Source: Octopus sinensis (lineage: Eukaryota). Taken from it: a DNA stretch of 64,000 nt. Made by a program: the position numbers and the translations under genes. This document shows, in pieces, positions 1-13,380 of this stretch (position 1 is the first letter of the stretch; each line of letters opens with the position of its first letter). The notes beneath the pieces were generated by a model, which did not search any database, was not told where the DNA came from, and was given only the letters and a program-made list of their open reading frames with translations. The DNA lies in assembly GCF_006345805.1 (NCBI RefSeq), contig NC_043008.1, positions 49,414,001-49,478,000 of the forward strand, read 5' to 3'.

Positions 1-949
1 TTTGTTAGACTTGGCAGAACCCATCTCTCTCCACATCAATCACAGCTGATTTCTTCTTGAAAAAGGCAAAGACAAAAAGGAAAATACAGTGAGAGAAAGA
101 CGGATCAACCCCAGTACATGACTGGTATTTATTTATTGACCCTAAAAGGACAAAGTTGATCTTAGATTTGAACTTAACTCATAGAAGGTTGAAAAATGAC
201 TCAGTCATACCTACACCAAAGTCTTTTTGTTTTTTGCTTCCTTTTTTTTTTGTAGTGAGGGCTCAAACCTTTCCAAATCAGACATTTTGCTATTTTGTTT
301 GATATAAAAAACATTTTGTCCTTTCCCACCTTTTTTTTTTCCTATTTATTTTACTTCCTTTTACCAATGTTTATTTTTATTTCTCTTTACAGCCAGCATA
401 CTTCTTCTTCTTCTTCTTCTTCCTTTTGCAGTCACACATCTCAAACTTTTAAATATTTCTACCTCTGTACTGTATCACATAACAACACAAATATGGCCTA
501 TTGTAGATTCCAACCAGATAAGGACTTGAGAGGTTTTTAGTTAAAAGATTTTTATTATTTGACTGAAGTAGGCGCTTGTCTCGCCTTTCTGCCCTTCCTT
601 GTCTCTTTGTCTGTCTGTCTCCATTTTCCCAGCCACCCACTTCTCTCTCTTGTCTGTCTGTGGACCATTTCTCCTGACATTTTCTCGCAGACATGGATTA
701 AATATAATTGTGTATCTTTCTGAAAAATTGACCTTATTTCATAATCTTTCATTGACTACACATGTTCTTACATACATTCGCACAAAAAACAAAAAAGCCA
801 AAAACCAGGACTTGTTACCTTCACTTACTCACCCCCTCCTCATCTCTCTCCTTTCTCCCTTTTTCTCTCCTTCATTCTGTGTCTCTTTCTTTCACACACA
901 CAACACTTACTAGAGAGGAGCATGTTTACATATCAACATACTGCTTCAT

Positions 950-950
950 A

Positions 951-986
<36 letters not shown>

Positions 987-996
987 TGCGTGTGTG

Positions 997-1028
<32 letters not shown>

Positions 1029-1099
1029 CATATATATATAAGTATATTTATATATATACATATATATATAAGTATATATATATATACACACACATATAT

Positions 1100-1131
<32 letters not shown>

Positions 1132-1212
1132 CATATATATATAAGTATATTTATATATATACATATATATATAAGTATATATATATACACACACATATAT
1201 TATATATATATA
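950..1212. repeat. (TG)n/(TA)n compound microsatellite
   Basis: Directly visible. Confidence 0.95.
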
Positions 1213-1372
1213 AGTGCAGGAGTGGCTGTGTGTTAAGTAGCTTGCTTACCAACCACATGGTCCCGGGTTCAGTCCCACTGCATGGCACCTTGGGCAAGTG
1301 TCTTCTACTATAGCCTCAGGCTGACCAAGCTTTATGAGTGGATTTGGTAGGCGGAAACTGAAAGAAGTCCGT

Positions 1373-1466
<94 letters not shown>

Positions 1467-1563
1467 GTATGTATGTATATGTATATATTTGCTTGGCAAC
1501 CAAATGTTGGTGTGTTTATGTCAGCATGGTCACAGTCAAATGACTGAAACCAGTGAAAGAAAG
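1213..1563 (+). mobile_element. tRNA-derived SINE family A, internally deleted
   Basis: Head gcaggagtggctgtgtg..ccgggttcagtccc, internal (TA)n, tail catggtcacagtcaaatgactgaaac. Confidence 0.85.
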
Positions 1564-2747
1564 AAAACTGTGTGTGTGTATTAAATGTCTAAATACCTTT
1601 AGTGTTTTAGACATTTCCCTACCAAGAGCACTTATTAGAAATTCAGTATATTGTATTCTTATTGAATATATTCCATTAACGATATATGTGTGTTTGTGTG
1701 TTTCATAGATTGTATTTACCCACTTGGGATGTTATACAATGTGCTTCCAATTCTTTTATTGATTGTGCCCTTCTTCTTCATCTTGGTCCAAATCATTTAA
1801 CTTAAATTGTCTTCCCATCATTGTGGATACCTTCCGAATGGCCCTTTTCAAACTCTGGTGTACCACTCGCCAATTACTAGTGAGCCCATCTTGGGAGTGT
1901 GCACCATGCATTCGTTGATTGTTTTTGGTGTTTACATAGTCATGAGCAGGCTTGGACACTCTGGCTTTCCTTCCCTTTGACCCACCGACACACTGATGAT
2001 GTGACTTCTGAAAGGAGTGAGCTGGGTCTGCACCAGCAGGCTGCTGGTACTCTTCTTTTTAGCTTGGTAAACAAGAGCAACAGTAAATGAAGTGTCTTGC
2101 CTAAGGACACAATGTTTCATTTGGCCAAGGAATTCAACCCCTAATATGATTGTGAGCTGGACACACTAACCACTTAGCTACATGTGTATGCTTGTCTTTA
2201 TTTCTTCTCACCAATACTGGTTCAGCAGCAATAATGTTTCATGTCCTGCAACCTGACAGTTCAATATGTGAAGACCAAGGAAACAGAACACCTTTCTTCC
2301 AAAGACAATAGAAAAGAATTGACTCCAGGAAAGAGGCCTACAACTGCAGAATGCTACCAGAAGGGTTGTCCTAACCACAGAGGCACCAGATCACTCACCA
2401 TTCTTCAGTTTTTACTTTCATATTAAATCCATTACAAAGGTGTTAATCATGTTTTTGACCAGGTGCAGAAATTAATCTAATTGTGGTTGTATTATCTGGT
2501 CTGCTTTGTGGTGTTTGTTCTGACCCTTTACATTCTGAGTTCAAATCTTGCAGATGCCAACTTTAGCTTTTATTTCACTGGGGTCAAATACTGGAGCCTC
2601 TATGGCATTGACTAATGCCCCTCCCCTCAAAATTCTTTATTGTAGTGCTTAAATTGGAAACCATTATTTTTGTCTGTTGGCAAATGTTTCCAGTCCAGGC
2701 AACCAACCTTTGTCAGTCTTCTTTTTCCCTGCTTCTTTTCACTTATA

Positions 2748-3125
2748 AGCTGGCAGAAACGTTAGCACGCCGGGCGAAATGCTAAGCAGTATTTCGCCTG
2801 CCGCTACGTTCTGAGTTCAAATTCCGCCAAGGTTGACTTTGCCTTTCATCCTTTCGGGGTCGATTAAGTAAGTACCAGTTATGCACTGAGGTCGATGTAA
2901 TCGACTTAATCTGTTTGTCTGTCCTTGTTTGTCCTCTCTGTGTTTAGCCCCTTGTGGTAGTAAAGAAATAGGTATTTCCTCTGTCTTTACGTTCTGAGTT
3001 CAAATTCTGCCGAGGTCAACTTTGCCGTTCATCCTTTGGGGTCGATAAAAGTACCAGTTGCATACTGGGTCGATTTAATCAACTGGCCTCCTACCCCCCA
3101 AAACTTTGGGCCTTGTGCCTAGAGT
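2748..3125 (+). mobile_element. tRNA-derived SINE family C (Deu/Nin-domain-like core), with tandem partial copy
   Basis: gagctggcagaaacgttagcacgccgggcgaaatgc..gagttcaaattcc..gcctttcatcctttcggggtcgat..aagtaccag; domain name is from memory. Confidence 0.85.
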
Positions 3126-4869
3126 AGAAAAAAACAACAGCAACAACAAAAAACAAACAAAAAAAACAAAATGCAGATATAAAAGATTTAAACCAGGAAA
3201 AAGTTTCTGTGGAAGTTTATCTCTCCACTTTGTTGCAATAAAAAAAAAATGGAAACAAAAAAAAAAAAACAACACTATACGCCATCAATTAACTGTAAAT
3301 AAGTTTAAATATACACTACAGCTATTTGAGGCCTCGACTCCTCTCCACACACACACACACATACACACGCACGAAGTACTCACAGACCGTGATAACGAGC
3401 AAAAGAGGGAAAACATTCTTCATTGTAGATAAACAGACATCTTCGTGTATGGCTGTTTTTTCTTCCTTTTCTGGGGCTGGGCAGAGGGAATATAAAATAT
3501 TTTATAAACTGCAATAATCTGCATATTATACCCATCGCTACCACCTCCTTACATTCTAATTAACCTTGTTCTTATCATTGTATTAATTACAAAGAGTTTT
3601 TTTTTTTTTAATTTTGAAATGAAAGCAAATAATTTATAAATAATAGAAAGGAAAAAATTAATTTTCCCTCCAGTTTTTTTTTTAATAATTTTTTTTGTTG
3701 TTGTTTTGATTTAGTTAATTAACGATATCATTTTATTATTTTATTAGTGGTAAGGCAGCGAGCTGGTAGAATCATTAAGCACACTAGGCGAAATACTTAG
3801 TGGTATTTTGTCTATCTTTTATGTTCTGAGTTCAAATTCCACTGAGGTTGACTTTGACTTACATCCTTTTGGGGTCGATTAAATAAGTACCAGTGAAATA
3901 CTGGAGTTGACTTAATCCCCCACCCCAAGCTGCCCTTGTGGCAAAAATTTGAAATCAGTATTTCATTAGTGGTAGGTGATTAACAGAATCATTAGAACAT
4001 AAGAAAAATACCTCCTCCCCAACGATTTATTCTCTTTGAGTTCAAATCCCACTGGAATCCCCCTCCCATCAATGATTAATAAAATGAAATAATTGGGGTT
4101 GATTTAATTGTCTACTCTCCCCCCTTGAAATTACTGGCTTGGTTCCTAAATTAGAAATAATATTTTTATTTATATTTCATAAATTAAAAATTGCTAAGCT
4201 AAACCTATTGATTTCTTTAGATGAGGCAGGCATTGAACCAATTTTTGCAGAACAAATTTATTAATTGTTGGAATGACAGCCTTTGGGTGTCAGAATTTCG
4301 TCTCTAGGCTCAACCAGTACTTGGAGAAGAATAGTCGTGTATATTCTTTAGTCTGACATTGTAAACCTTCTCAAAACACAACCAAATTTGTTTATTTAAA
4401 TTGCCAAGATTTTTACAAAGATCACCTCAAGATAATTCTATGACAAGTACAGATTTTATCTATTTTATAGAGAGGAAAGGCCATGTTAACATCAACAGCA
4501 TTTGAACTCCATATATTATGGATTTCTTTGACAAATGCAGAGAGAGGGTGAGGGTGGGTTTCCCTTTTTTTGTGTGTGTGTGGTAGAGTAACAGTGTTCT
4601 TGTGAATTTAATTTTCTTATTGGTACTTATTAACCCTTTTGATTACCAGCCCACCCAAGACTGCCTCTAGGTCTACCAAATTTAATGTTAATTTATGTTC
4701 CAAACAACAGCAGTTGTTTTATTATATTCTTCATTTATTCCAAAATTACTTCAAACAAGGGTGAGATGTGAGGTATTTTAAGAGAAATATGGTAACAAAA
4801 CTGTTAAATTTATGCATTTCTTGAAGACAAAACAAAGACAATTTGGTAGAATTTGACCATCTTGATATC

Positions 4870-5264
4870 TCTCTCTTTTCTCTCTTTTACTTGTTTCAGT
4901 CATTTGACTGTGGCCATGCTGGAGCACCGCCTTTAGTCGAGCAAATCGACCCCGGGACTTATTCTTTGTAAGCCTAGTACTTATTCTATCGGTCTTTTTT
5001 GCCGAACCGCTAAGTGACGGGGACGTAAACACACTAGCATCGGTTGTCAAGCAATGCTAGGGGGACAAACACACATACATATATATATATACATATATAC
5101 AACAGGCTTCTTTCAGTTTCCGTCTACCAAATCCACTCACAAGGCATTGGTCGGCCCGGGGCTATAGCAGAAGACACTTGCCCAAGATGCCACGCAGTGG
5201 GACTGAACCCGGAACCATGCGGTTGGTTAGCAAGCTACTTACCACACAACCACTCCTGTGCCTA
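4870..5264 (-). mobile_element. SINE family A, full length, young
   Basis: Complete head, body and tail; near-identical to 59341-59746. Confidence 0.9.
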
Positions 5265-6992
5265 TGTCCACTTTCTCTGCTGGCATGGATTGGATAGTTC
5301 AACAAGATCTGATCGGTTAATGGATGCTGTCTTGATCCAATGTCTCAGTTTGGCGGCAGGGTATCCATGACTGGATGCCTTCCCTAATGCCTACCATTTT
5401 GTAAGTGTGTACTGCATGCTTTTATTGTAGTACCAGCATTGGTGAGGTTGTCTTCTTGTTTGAAAAACTAAAGAACTACCAAGTCAGAGACAGAATAGAA
5501 GAAATGGTGATGATCTTAGGTGAAGCTAAAGGGGTGGGGATTGGTTTATTGTTGGGTGTTGAGGGTGGAGGAGAAGCTGAAACACCCAGGTTATGGAGGG
5601 GAAGAAGAAAGAGCAATGTGAGCAGGGGTGTGGTGAGTAGGGGGTAATTTAGGGCTACCTCCTCTCCACTATTCCACAATATATATATAGGTGTGTGTGG
5701 GGTGGGGGTGGATATGGGTGAAGTGATGCTACTAGAAAGAGAGAAAAAGATGCTGGTGCCAAGGAGTCAAAGCCAGAGGGTACCCTCAAGGTAACATGTC
5801 AAAGTAGATGAAGAAGAGGGAGGGAAGGAAAGAGAGAGAGAGAGAGAGAATTGGTGGGGATAGAAAGATCCAGAAGGATGAGTATAGATTTCAAGAGTGG
5901 GGTAGGGGAGTGAGTGATGGATAGAAATGGGGGTGATTGGGATGGGGGTGGTGGTCAAGAGTAAACTAAATTCAATATAAAAATACACCCTAGCTAACAC
6001 CACCACCACCACACCAGATGCTATTTAAATATCTATTTTAGTAATTAGTTCTACTATTTGGGCCAAATACCCCCTCCCCTCAAACCTATTAATAACAATA
6101 ATGTAAATAATGTCATTATCGCACTGACTTCTTTATCTCTCTCTCTTTCTTTCTCTCTCTCTCTCTCTTTCTCTCTCTCTCAAATCATTTTATCTGTTAC
6201 AAACAAAGAACTTTGTAAAAATAATATTTTTGTTTCATTTTTTTTGTTTAACTTTTTCTTCATATTTTCTCTCCAACATAAATATTTTACTCAGATAACC
6301 ATTCCAGATTCTCCAGACAAACTAAATTCTATCACAGCTGAACTTTTAGAAAGAAGCTCAATTGTTCCATTCTTTAACATTAATAGTATCTTCATAACAC
6401 ACACACACACTATCTCTATCTCTCACTCTCTATTTCTCTTTTCCCCTTCTATTTTTCTTTCTGTCTTTCTCTCCCCCACCATCTCTCTTTCCCCCTCTCT
6501 CACCCTCTATCTCTTTCTTTCTCTTCTCTCTTCCCCTCCCTCTCATACACAAATATTTCACCAAAAATATCTGAAATGTCTCCTTACTAATTATTAACAC
6601 AACCCTCACAGTTCTGTCATCACGGTCGTCATTGTCAAGATAATTATAGTCACTTTAATAATTATGTCAGTGTCCATACCCCCCTCTCAATTCCCCCCTC
6701 TCCTCACTCTTCCATCATACAATCATTCCCCCCCTCCCCCGCCAGTTAAAGTGATGTTCCCTAACCTTCTAGATTATTCAGACATCTTAAAAGATGCCGA
6801 CTTCCTGCAGTGAAGAATTCAAGAGAAACTGCGATGATTTGGTTTCCTTTAAACCCTTTGCCGAGATAAAACTGCATTTGTTTCAGTGAATTTTGAGAAT
6901 TATGAAGAATTTAGTAAAATAACTTTGTCATTAATACGATAATGTTTGGAACATAAGGAAGATGAAATTTAACAAAATGTTTTAAAATTATG

Positions 6993-7520
6993 TGTACCTT
7001 TCTTCATTGGACACTAAACTCTGCTTGCGAAGACCTGTTGAGGCAAGTGAAATTGAAATCGAAATCAAATTCGATGACTGGCATCCATGCTAGTGGAGCG
7101 CTAAGAGCACCATCCGAGTGTGATTGTTGCCAGAGTAGCTAACAGGCTTCGTGCCGGTGGCAGGTAAAAAGCACTATTCGAGCGTGATCGTTACCAGTGT
7201 CGCCTCACTGGCACGTGAAAAAAAAACATTCAAGTGAGGTCATTGCCAGTGCCGCTGGACTGGCTCCTGTGCAGGTGGCATGTAAAAAACACCATTTGAG
7301 TTTGGCCGTTGCCAGTACCACCTGACTGGCCCTCGTGCCAGTGGCATGTAAAAGCACCTTCTACACTTGCAGTGGTTGGCATTAGGAAGGGCATCCAGCT
7401 GTAGAAACTCTGCCAGATCTGATTGGAGCCTGGTGCAGCCATCTGGTTCACCAGTCCTCAGTCAAATCGTCCAACCCATGCTAGCATGGAAAGCGGACAT
7501 TAAACGATGATGATGATGAT
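6993..7520 (+). mobile_element. Family B (RTE-LINE 3' UTR-like element with internal ~60-nt tandem units and (GAT)n tail)
   Basis: Repeated gtgccggtggcacgtaaaaagcacc units, then taggaagggcatccagctgtagaaac..ttaaacgatgatgatg. Confidence 0.85.
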
Positions 7521-8148
7521 GTTTTAAAATGAAAATAGCACATCTTTTCAATCAAAGGGGTTCTGGTAGATTCAAATGGGAATATCTGATTGCTGTTTTC
7601 TGTCATCAGAGAATGCCTCTTCCCTTTAGACAAGTTTTTCTCAACTATTTTTTAACCTCTGATGTGTGTGTGTGTGTTTGTCCTTCACCACTGCTTGACA
7701 ACCGGTTTTGGTGTGTTTACATCCCTGCAACTTAGCAGTTCAGCAAAGGGGTCTGATAGAATAAGTACAGTGCTTAACAAAACAATATCAGTTGTAGGAT
7801 CACTTCATGCTGTCCACTTTTCTGTGTTTGCTTGGATCATACAGAATTCCTTGAAGCAGATTTCCTACAGCTGGATGCCTTTCCTGTCACCAGCCCTCCC
7901 CTGTTTCCAAGCACAAAAAATATTCTCCCAACCCCCCACTCACACACATAAGTGATAGGCTTCGTTCAGTTTCCATCTTCCAACTTCACTCACAGGGCCT
8001 TGGTTAAAGTAGGAGACACTTGCCCAAGGTGCTGTGTAGTGGGATTGAACCCAAAACCACATAGGTAGAAAACAAACTTTGTAACCATTCAACCATATCT
8101 ACATCTAAGAATGTTTTTAAATATTACATGCAGATTGTTGTTGAATAT

Positions 8149-8540
8149 TAGGTGTAGGAGTGGCTGTGTGGTAAGTAGCTTGCTTATGAACCACATGGTT
8201 CCGGGTTCAGTCTCACTGCATGGCACCTTGGGCAAGTGTCTTCTACTATAGCCTCGGGCTGACCAAAGCCTTGTGAGTGGATTTGGTAGACAGAAACTGA
8301 AAGAAGCCCGTCGTATATATATATATATATGTATGTATATGTTTGTGTGTGTTTGTGTCCCCCAACATCGCTTGACAACCGATGGTGGTGTGTTTATGTC
8401 CCCGTAACTTAGCGGTTTGGCAAAAGAGACTGATAGAATAAGTACTAGGCTTACAAAGAATAAGTCTTGGGGTCGATTTGCTCGACTAAAGGCGGCGCTC
8501 CAGCATGGCCACAGTCAAATGACTGAAACAAGTAAAAGAG
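8149..8540 (+). mobile_element. SINE family A, full length
   Basis: taggtgtaggagtggctgtg ... gactgaaacaagtaaaagag. Confidence 0.9.
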
Positions 8541-9805
8541 TAACCGTTCCGTCTCATCTTTCAGCAGAGCATGAAAATCTTGAGAAGAAGCGAAACAATT
8601 TATGGCCTTCATGTGTTAGAAGTAACAACAATTGTTTTTAATTGTAAAACTGATCTTCGTTAACCTGTATTTAATTACTTGTTTGGTTTGTTAATCAAAC
8701 AAACAAATATTAACAGGATGAAGAAGTCATTTAAACCAAAACCATCTGGCTTCGTTCTTCTGTTTGCTTCCTTCAATTATTTTTTACCTGATTGTTTTTA
8801 CCTGATTGAAGGCCAAAATAAAATACTTTGCCAAGCTCCACATAATTGCTGCAGGTTTTTTTTTTCTTTTTTCAGCTTTTTAAAAAAAATTTGCAAATTT
8901 TTTTTTGTTGTTGTTGCTTTTTACTTTTGTTATGTGCTGCTCTCTGTGTGTGTCTCTCTCTCCCCACCACCCATACTCTCTCTTTCTTTTTCCTTCTGTC
9001 TATCTTTTTCTCTCTCTCCCTCTATCTCTCTCTCCTCTGACCAACACCTACACATTGTATATACAGACAGACATATAAGGTAATAATGTCATTCAGAAAT
9101 CTATCTTTTTGGAAGAAGCTAACCTTGTATGTCGATAATAAACAAATAAAACACTGCTGGCCACTTTTGTGACTTTATCACTCTCACTTGTTGCTATTTC
9201 CAGTCGGTTGCCATTACAATCAACAAGTCAGTGATGTTATTATTTTAAATTATGCTTTCAACTATAATCCAGCCTTCCCGGCAGCAACACCACCACCACC
9301 AACAACAACAACAACAGATCTTGTGCGTTAAGGCTGGATAAACACACACACACACGCTCAGTGGCATAACTACTTTGTCAAACTTAACAACAACATCACA
9401 CACACACACATCATTATTACTATACCAGTTGGAAGCAGTCCGAAGTTACATAAGACAAGTTTTAATTAATGAATTGGGGAGCTTCGAAAAAAAGAAAAAA
9501 AAGAAAGAAAGAAAGAACAAGGCCTTTGTATATTTTTCATGCAAATATTTCTTTGAGTAAAATCAAAGTGTTTAAAAAAAAACAAAACAGAGCGTGTGAT
9601 GTTTTTGCAAGTCTACTTATGAAAACAAACCTGCAAGCATTTTTGAAATGGTTTATTCTCCAAGTGGCGGCAGCTAAACATTTTACTGGAATTCAATTCA
9701 TGTAAGACTTTAAACATGTCTAGGATGGCTTCTTCTTCTCTCTGCACATGTCAACCACAATTTATATAATTCGGAAATGGTGTTGTCGAATTGATAAAAG
9801 TCCAA

Positions 9806-9946
9806 ATGTGTTGTTATCAGCAATATGGTAGTCCATTTGATATAAAATATTGTGTAAAAGATGGACCACCGCCGTTGTATAAGACTTGCTGCATTTTCCA
9901 AAAGTACCGCAAATGTTGGACCGGTCATTTGGAGTTGCACAATAAG
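9806..9946 (+). CDS. Candidate upstream first coding exon (MCCYQQYGSPFDIKYCVKDGPPPLYKTCCIFQKYRKCWTGHLELHNK)
   Basis: ATG at 9806, 47 open codons, strong donor AAG|GTGAGA at 9946/9947. Phase 0 matches the acceptor of exon 23829. Lies in a repeat-poor island. Confidence 0.5.
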
Positions 9947-11690
9947 GTGAGATGAATATTGTTACATAACGATCTTTGGTTTAATTACTTGTAGTTACCA
10001 GTGCACTGTACAATTAGAAATATATTTAACAAAATTTTTTCGGTACAAAGACTTACTTCATTCTTTCTTTCTTTTTTGTAGTTTTTAAAAAGATTATTTC
10101 TTTTTTCTTTTTTTTTTGCAAGAAAAGTTTTCAAGTACATAATTAGTCACTCTCATGTTCAGCAAAAGTCAATATAGTTTGACAAACCTAGAAAATATAA
10201 TATAAACATACATATATATGTAAACATACACAAAGAGAGAGAGAGATTTTATTCCAGTCTATTATACACACACACACACACACACTCACACACACACACT
10301 CACACTTGTCTTGTGATAGTCTTTGTTTTGTTCTTCAGTGTTTCAAAAATGAGTTTTCAATCCTCTCTGCTGTTAAGCTGCCATTTATATACTTAATCTA
10401 TGTCAACTTTTGTAAAAGTCAACCTAAAATTAAGGCAAACAATGTGTATCGTGGTCATTGTTCATAAAAAAACATTTTAAGTATATTTTATTAAATTCCC
10501 CCTCCCCCCGTCATTAAAATATTTTATTTGTTTTACCTGTTTCTCTGATAACCTTACAAAACACAATTCAATTTACTGTTAATTTTAGAATTTTACTATT
10601 ATTATTTCATGCTTAAGTTTTTTTTTATCTGACTATTTTCACTTCATAAAATCACAATAGAGGACGAATTAGGCCAGATTTAGTTTGACTTTCTGCCCTC
10701 TTAGTTCAAATTTCACAGCTGTGAACTTCACCGTTCAATTTTTCATGGTTCATAACCCCACCCTCTGTCTGTCTGTCTGTCTCTCTCTCTTTTCCGCTTT
10801 TTCAAACACACACACACATGCACAATCAGTTCTGTTCAGGCCTGGAAAAGGATGGGTTCTGCTGGACTTAATGTCCCCTTCTCATCAGGGGATGAGGTGG
10901 AGGAGGTGAAGAGGCATAAGTAAATTTATCTTTGATGCACCTCTTTTATTTGTTTTGTAGAGGGTTTATTGGACATAGTGTGAGCCGACTGTTGTTATCA
11001 TTAGGCCTAACTCATTATAAAGTAAATACCACCATGACCATATCCAAAATACAGTGGAGAAGGCTGGCCACTGGATTTGGTTAAAAAGAGACGATGAGCG
11101 ATAGCTAGAAGAATATTGATCTTTATTTGATAACCAGTTGATCTAGCAAATAGGGCCTCATATCAGTGATGTGGGGAGCAGTGCACATTGATGCCGTTGA
11201 GAGGTTGGCCCCAAAACGGTATGCATTCTCTCCTGATGACCCCATACACTTGCTGGCTTCCGGTATGTGGAGTTCTCGACTGGTAGCACTTCCATGTGCA
11301 AGTTGTTTGCAAAACATCCCTTATCCAAATAGCTTTATTTATGCATTTGTATCTTGTTATTCCCTGGTGGGTCTTTCTTTTGGCCCTTTATATTCTGAGT
11401 TCAAATCCCACTGAGGTCAGTTTTCCTTTCACCCCTCAGTGGGGCAGAGGGTGGGGTGTCAATAACAAACCAGTTATAAATGAATTACTAGAGTTGTTGT
11501 TATTGGCTGACCACCCTCCCTCAAAACTCCTGCCTAAATTTGAAACCATTATTATTATTATTCCATCAAGATTGACTTTGCCTTTCATCCTTTCAGGGTC
11601 TATAAAATAAGTACCAGTTGAATACTGAGTTCAATGTAATCGTATAACCTCCTCTTCCACAATTTAAGTCTTGTGCCTGTTCTAGAAAGG

Positions 11691-11720
<30 letters not shown>

Positions 11721-11721
<1 letters not shown>

Positions 11722-12372
11722 GTGTCAGTGGCATGTAAAAGGCACCATTTGAGCATGGTCATTGCCACTTCCACCTGACTGGCTCTTGCGCTGGTGGCAT
11801 GTAAATAGCACCATTCAAGCGTGGTCAATGCCAGTACCACTAGACTTGGCTCTCATGCCAGTGGCACATGAAAAGCACCCACTACACTCATGGAGTGGTT
11901 GGCGTTAGGAAGGGCATCTAGCCATAGAAACATTGCCAGATCAGATTGGAGCCTAGTGCAGCCTTCTGACTTGCCAGCCCTCAGTCAAACCGTCCAACCC
12001 ATGCCAGCATGGAAAGCAGACGTTAAACAATGACAATTATTATTGTTGTTGTTGTTGTTATTATTTGTGTACCATCCGATCGTGGCTGTTGCCAGCCTCA
12101 CCTGGCCCCCGTGCCGGTGGCACGTAAAAAGTACCATCTGATCGTGGCCGTTGCCAGCCTGGCCTGGCCCCCGTGCCGGTGGCACGTAAAAAGCACCCAC
12201 TACACTCACGGAGTGGTTGGCATTAGGAAGGGCATCCAGCCGTAGAAACATTGCCAGATCAGACTGGGCCTGGTGCAGCCTTCTGGCTTCCCAGACCCCA
12301 GTTGAACCGTCCAACCCATGCTAGCATGGAAAGCGGACGCTAAATGATAATGATAATGATGATGATGATGAT
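11721..12372 (+). mobile_element. Two tandem 5'-truncated family B copies
   Basis: 11721-12030 and 12075-12372, each ending in a microsatellite tail. Confidence 0.85.
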
Positions 12373-13349
12373 ATGTATGTGTGATAAGTTTTTTCTTTTC
12401 TGAATAAAGTGCTGAATAACCTCAGTCTAATTTGATAATTTCTCTAAAAGAGAGAAAAGCAAAATAATCTATTTTATAAATGGTAGACATTTATCTCCTG
12501 ATTGTCAGAAAGATTTTATCTGAAAGTTTTCCAGCTGTTTGAAAAGAACCATTTATCATTTCCCTAAAAGACTTCTGTAGATGCCAGGTTTTTCACTGGG
12601 CAGGATTCTTAAATCTATCAGCCTTAAAACTCCAATATCTCAATCTATTTGCCTGTGTGACATCTTGGGCAAGTCTCTTCTTCTAAAACCCTGAACTGAG
12701 CAAAGGCTTGTGAGTGAATTTGGTCAATGGAAACTGAAGGAAGCCTGTTTGTGTGTGTGTCTCCTTGTACTGGCATCGTATAATTGTTGTGTCACCGTCA
12801 TTCAAACAGCGTCAGTCACTTTCAATCTTCTGTGAAAATATATTACCTCACACATAGAAAGCACCTTTCGAGTTTTGGGCCTCATGGAGACAATGACCAA
12901 GACCTTTGGCATTATTTTGTGTTTGAGAAGAAGACCCCATCAAACCAAGTAAAATCAATCATGGCAGATGCCAGTGTCATGCAGATGGCACCCGTGCCGG
13001 TGGCATGTAAAAGCACCCATTACACTCATGGAGTGGTTGGCATTAGGAAGAGCATCCAGCCGTAGAAAGCATGCCAAATCAGACTGGGGTCTGGTGCAGC
13101 TTGCCAGCCCTGGTCAAACCATCCAACCCATGCCAGCTTGGACAATGGATGCTAAATGATGATGATGAGAATTTGGAAACAAGTGAAGGTTGACAAGGGC
13201 ATCCTGCTGTAAAAAGTTTGTTTCACTGAATTCTGCAAGTATAGAAAAGTAGCTATCAAAATGATGATCATTTTTGTGATAGAAGAGGGAGGAATCAGGG
13301 AGGTCATCAGAGATTTTTTTCTTGTTGCATCTGTCTGGATTGCTAGTAA

Positions 13350-13380
<31 letters not shown>

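Noticed and set aside
762-1584. Long YIYI/CVCV-rich ORFs (also near 27675, 38691, 14845, 26588)
   Set aside because: Translations of TA, CA, TCAC, TAGA and CT microsatellites.
1993-2015. CTGATGA..GAAA as a hammerhead (also CTGATGA near 11234 and 22853)
   Set aside because: No stem II or stem I pairing around the motifs.
6993-7060. HDV-like or twister ribozyme at the 5' end of family B
   Set aside because: Could not build the required nested pseudoknot or conserved core by hand.
7080-7360. Regularly spaced repeats resembling a CRISPR array
   Set aside because: Units are diverged tandem copies without unique spacers, belong to a dispersed eukaryotic retroelement, and no cas genes are present.
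8149-8230. tRNA genes at SINE heads (families A, C, E)
   Set aside because: A/B-box-like motifs only; no complete cloverleaf, and each runs into SINE body sequence.
10840-10919. Possible exon AWKRMGSAGLNVPFSSGDEVEEVKRH
   Set aside because: Its better donor ends in phase 2, incompatible with the phase-0 exon at 23829; the in-phase donor is weak.
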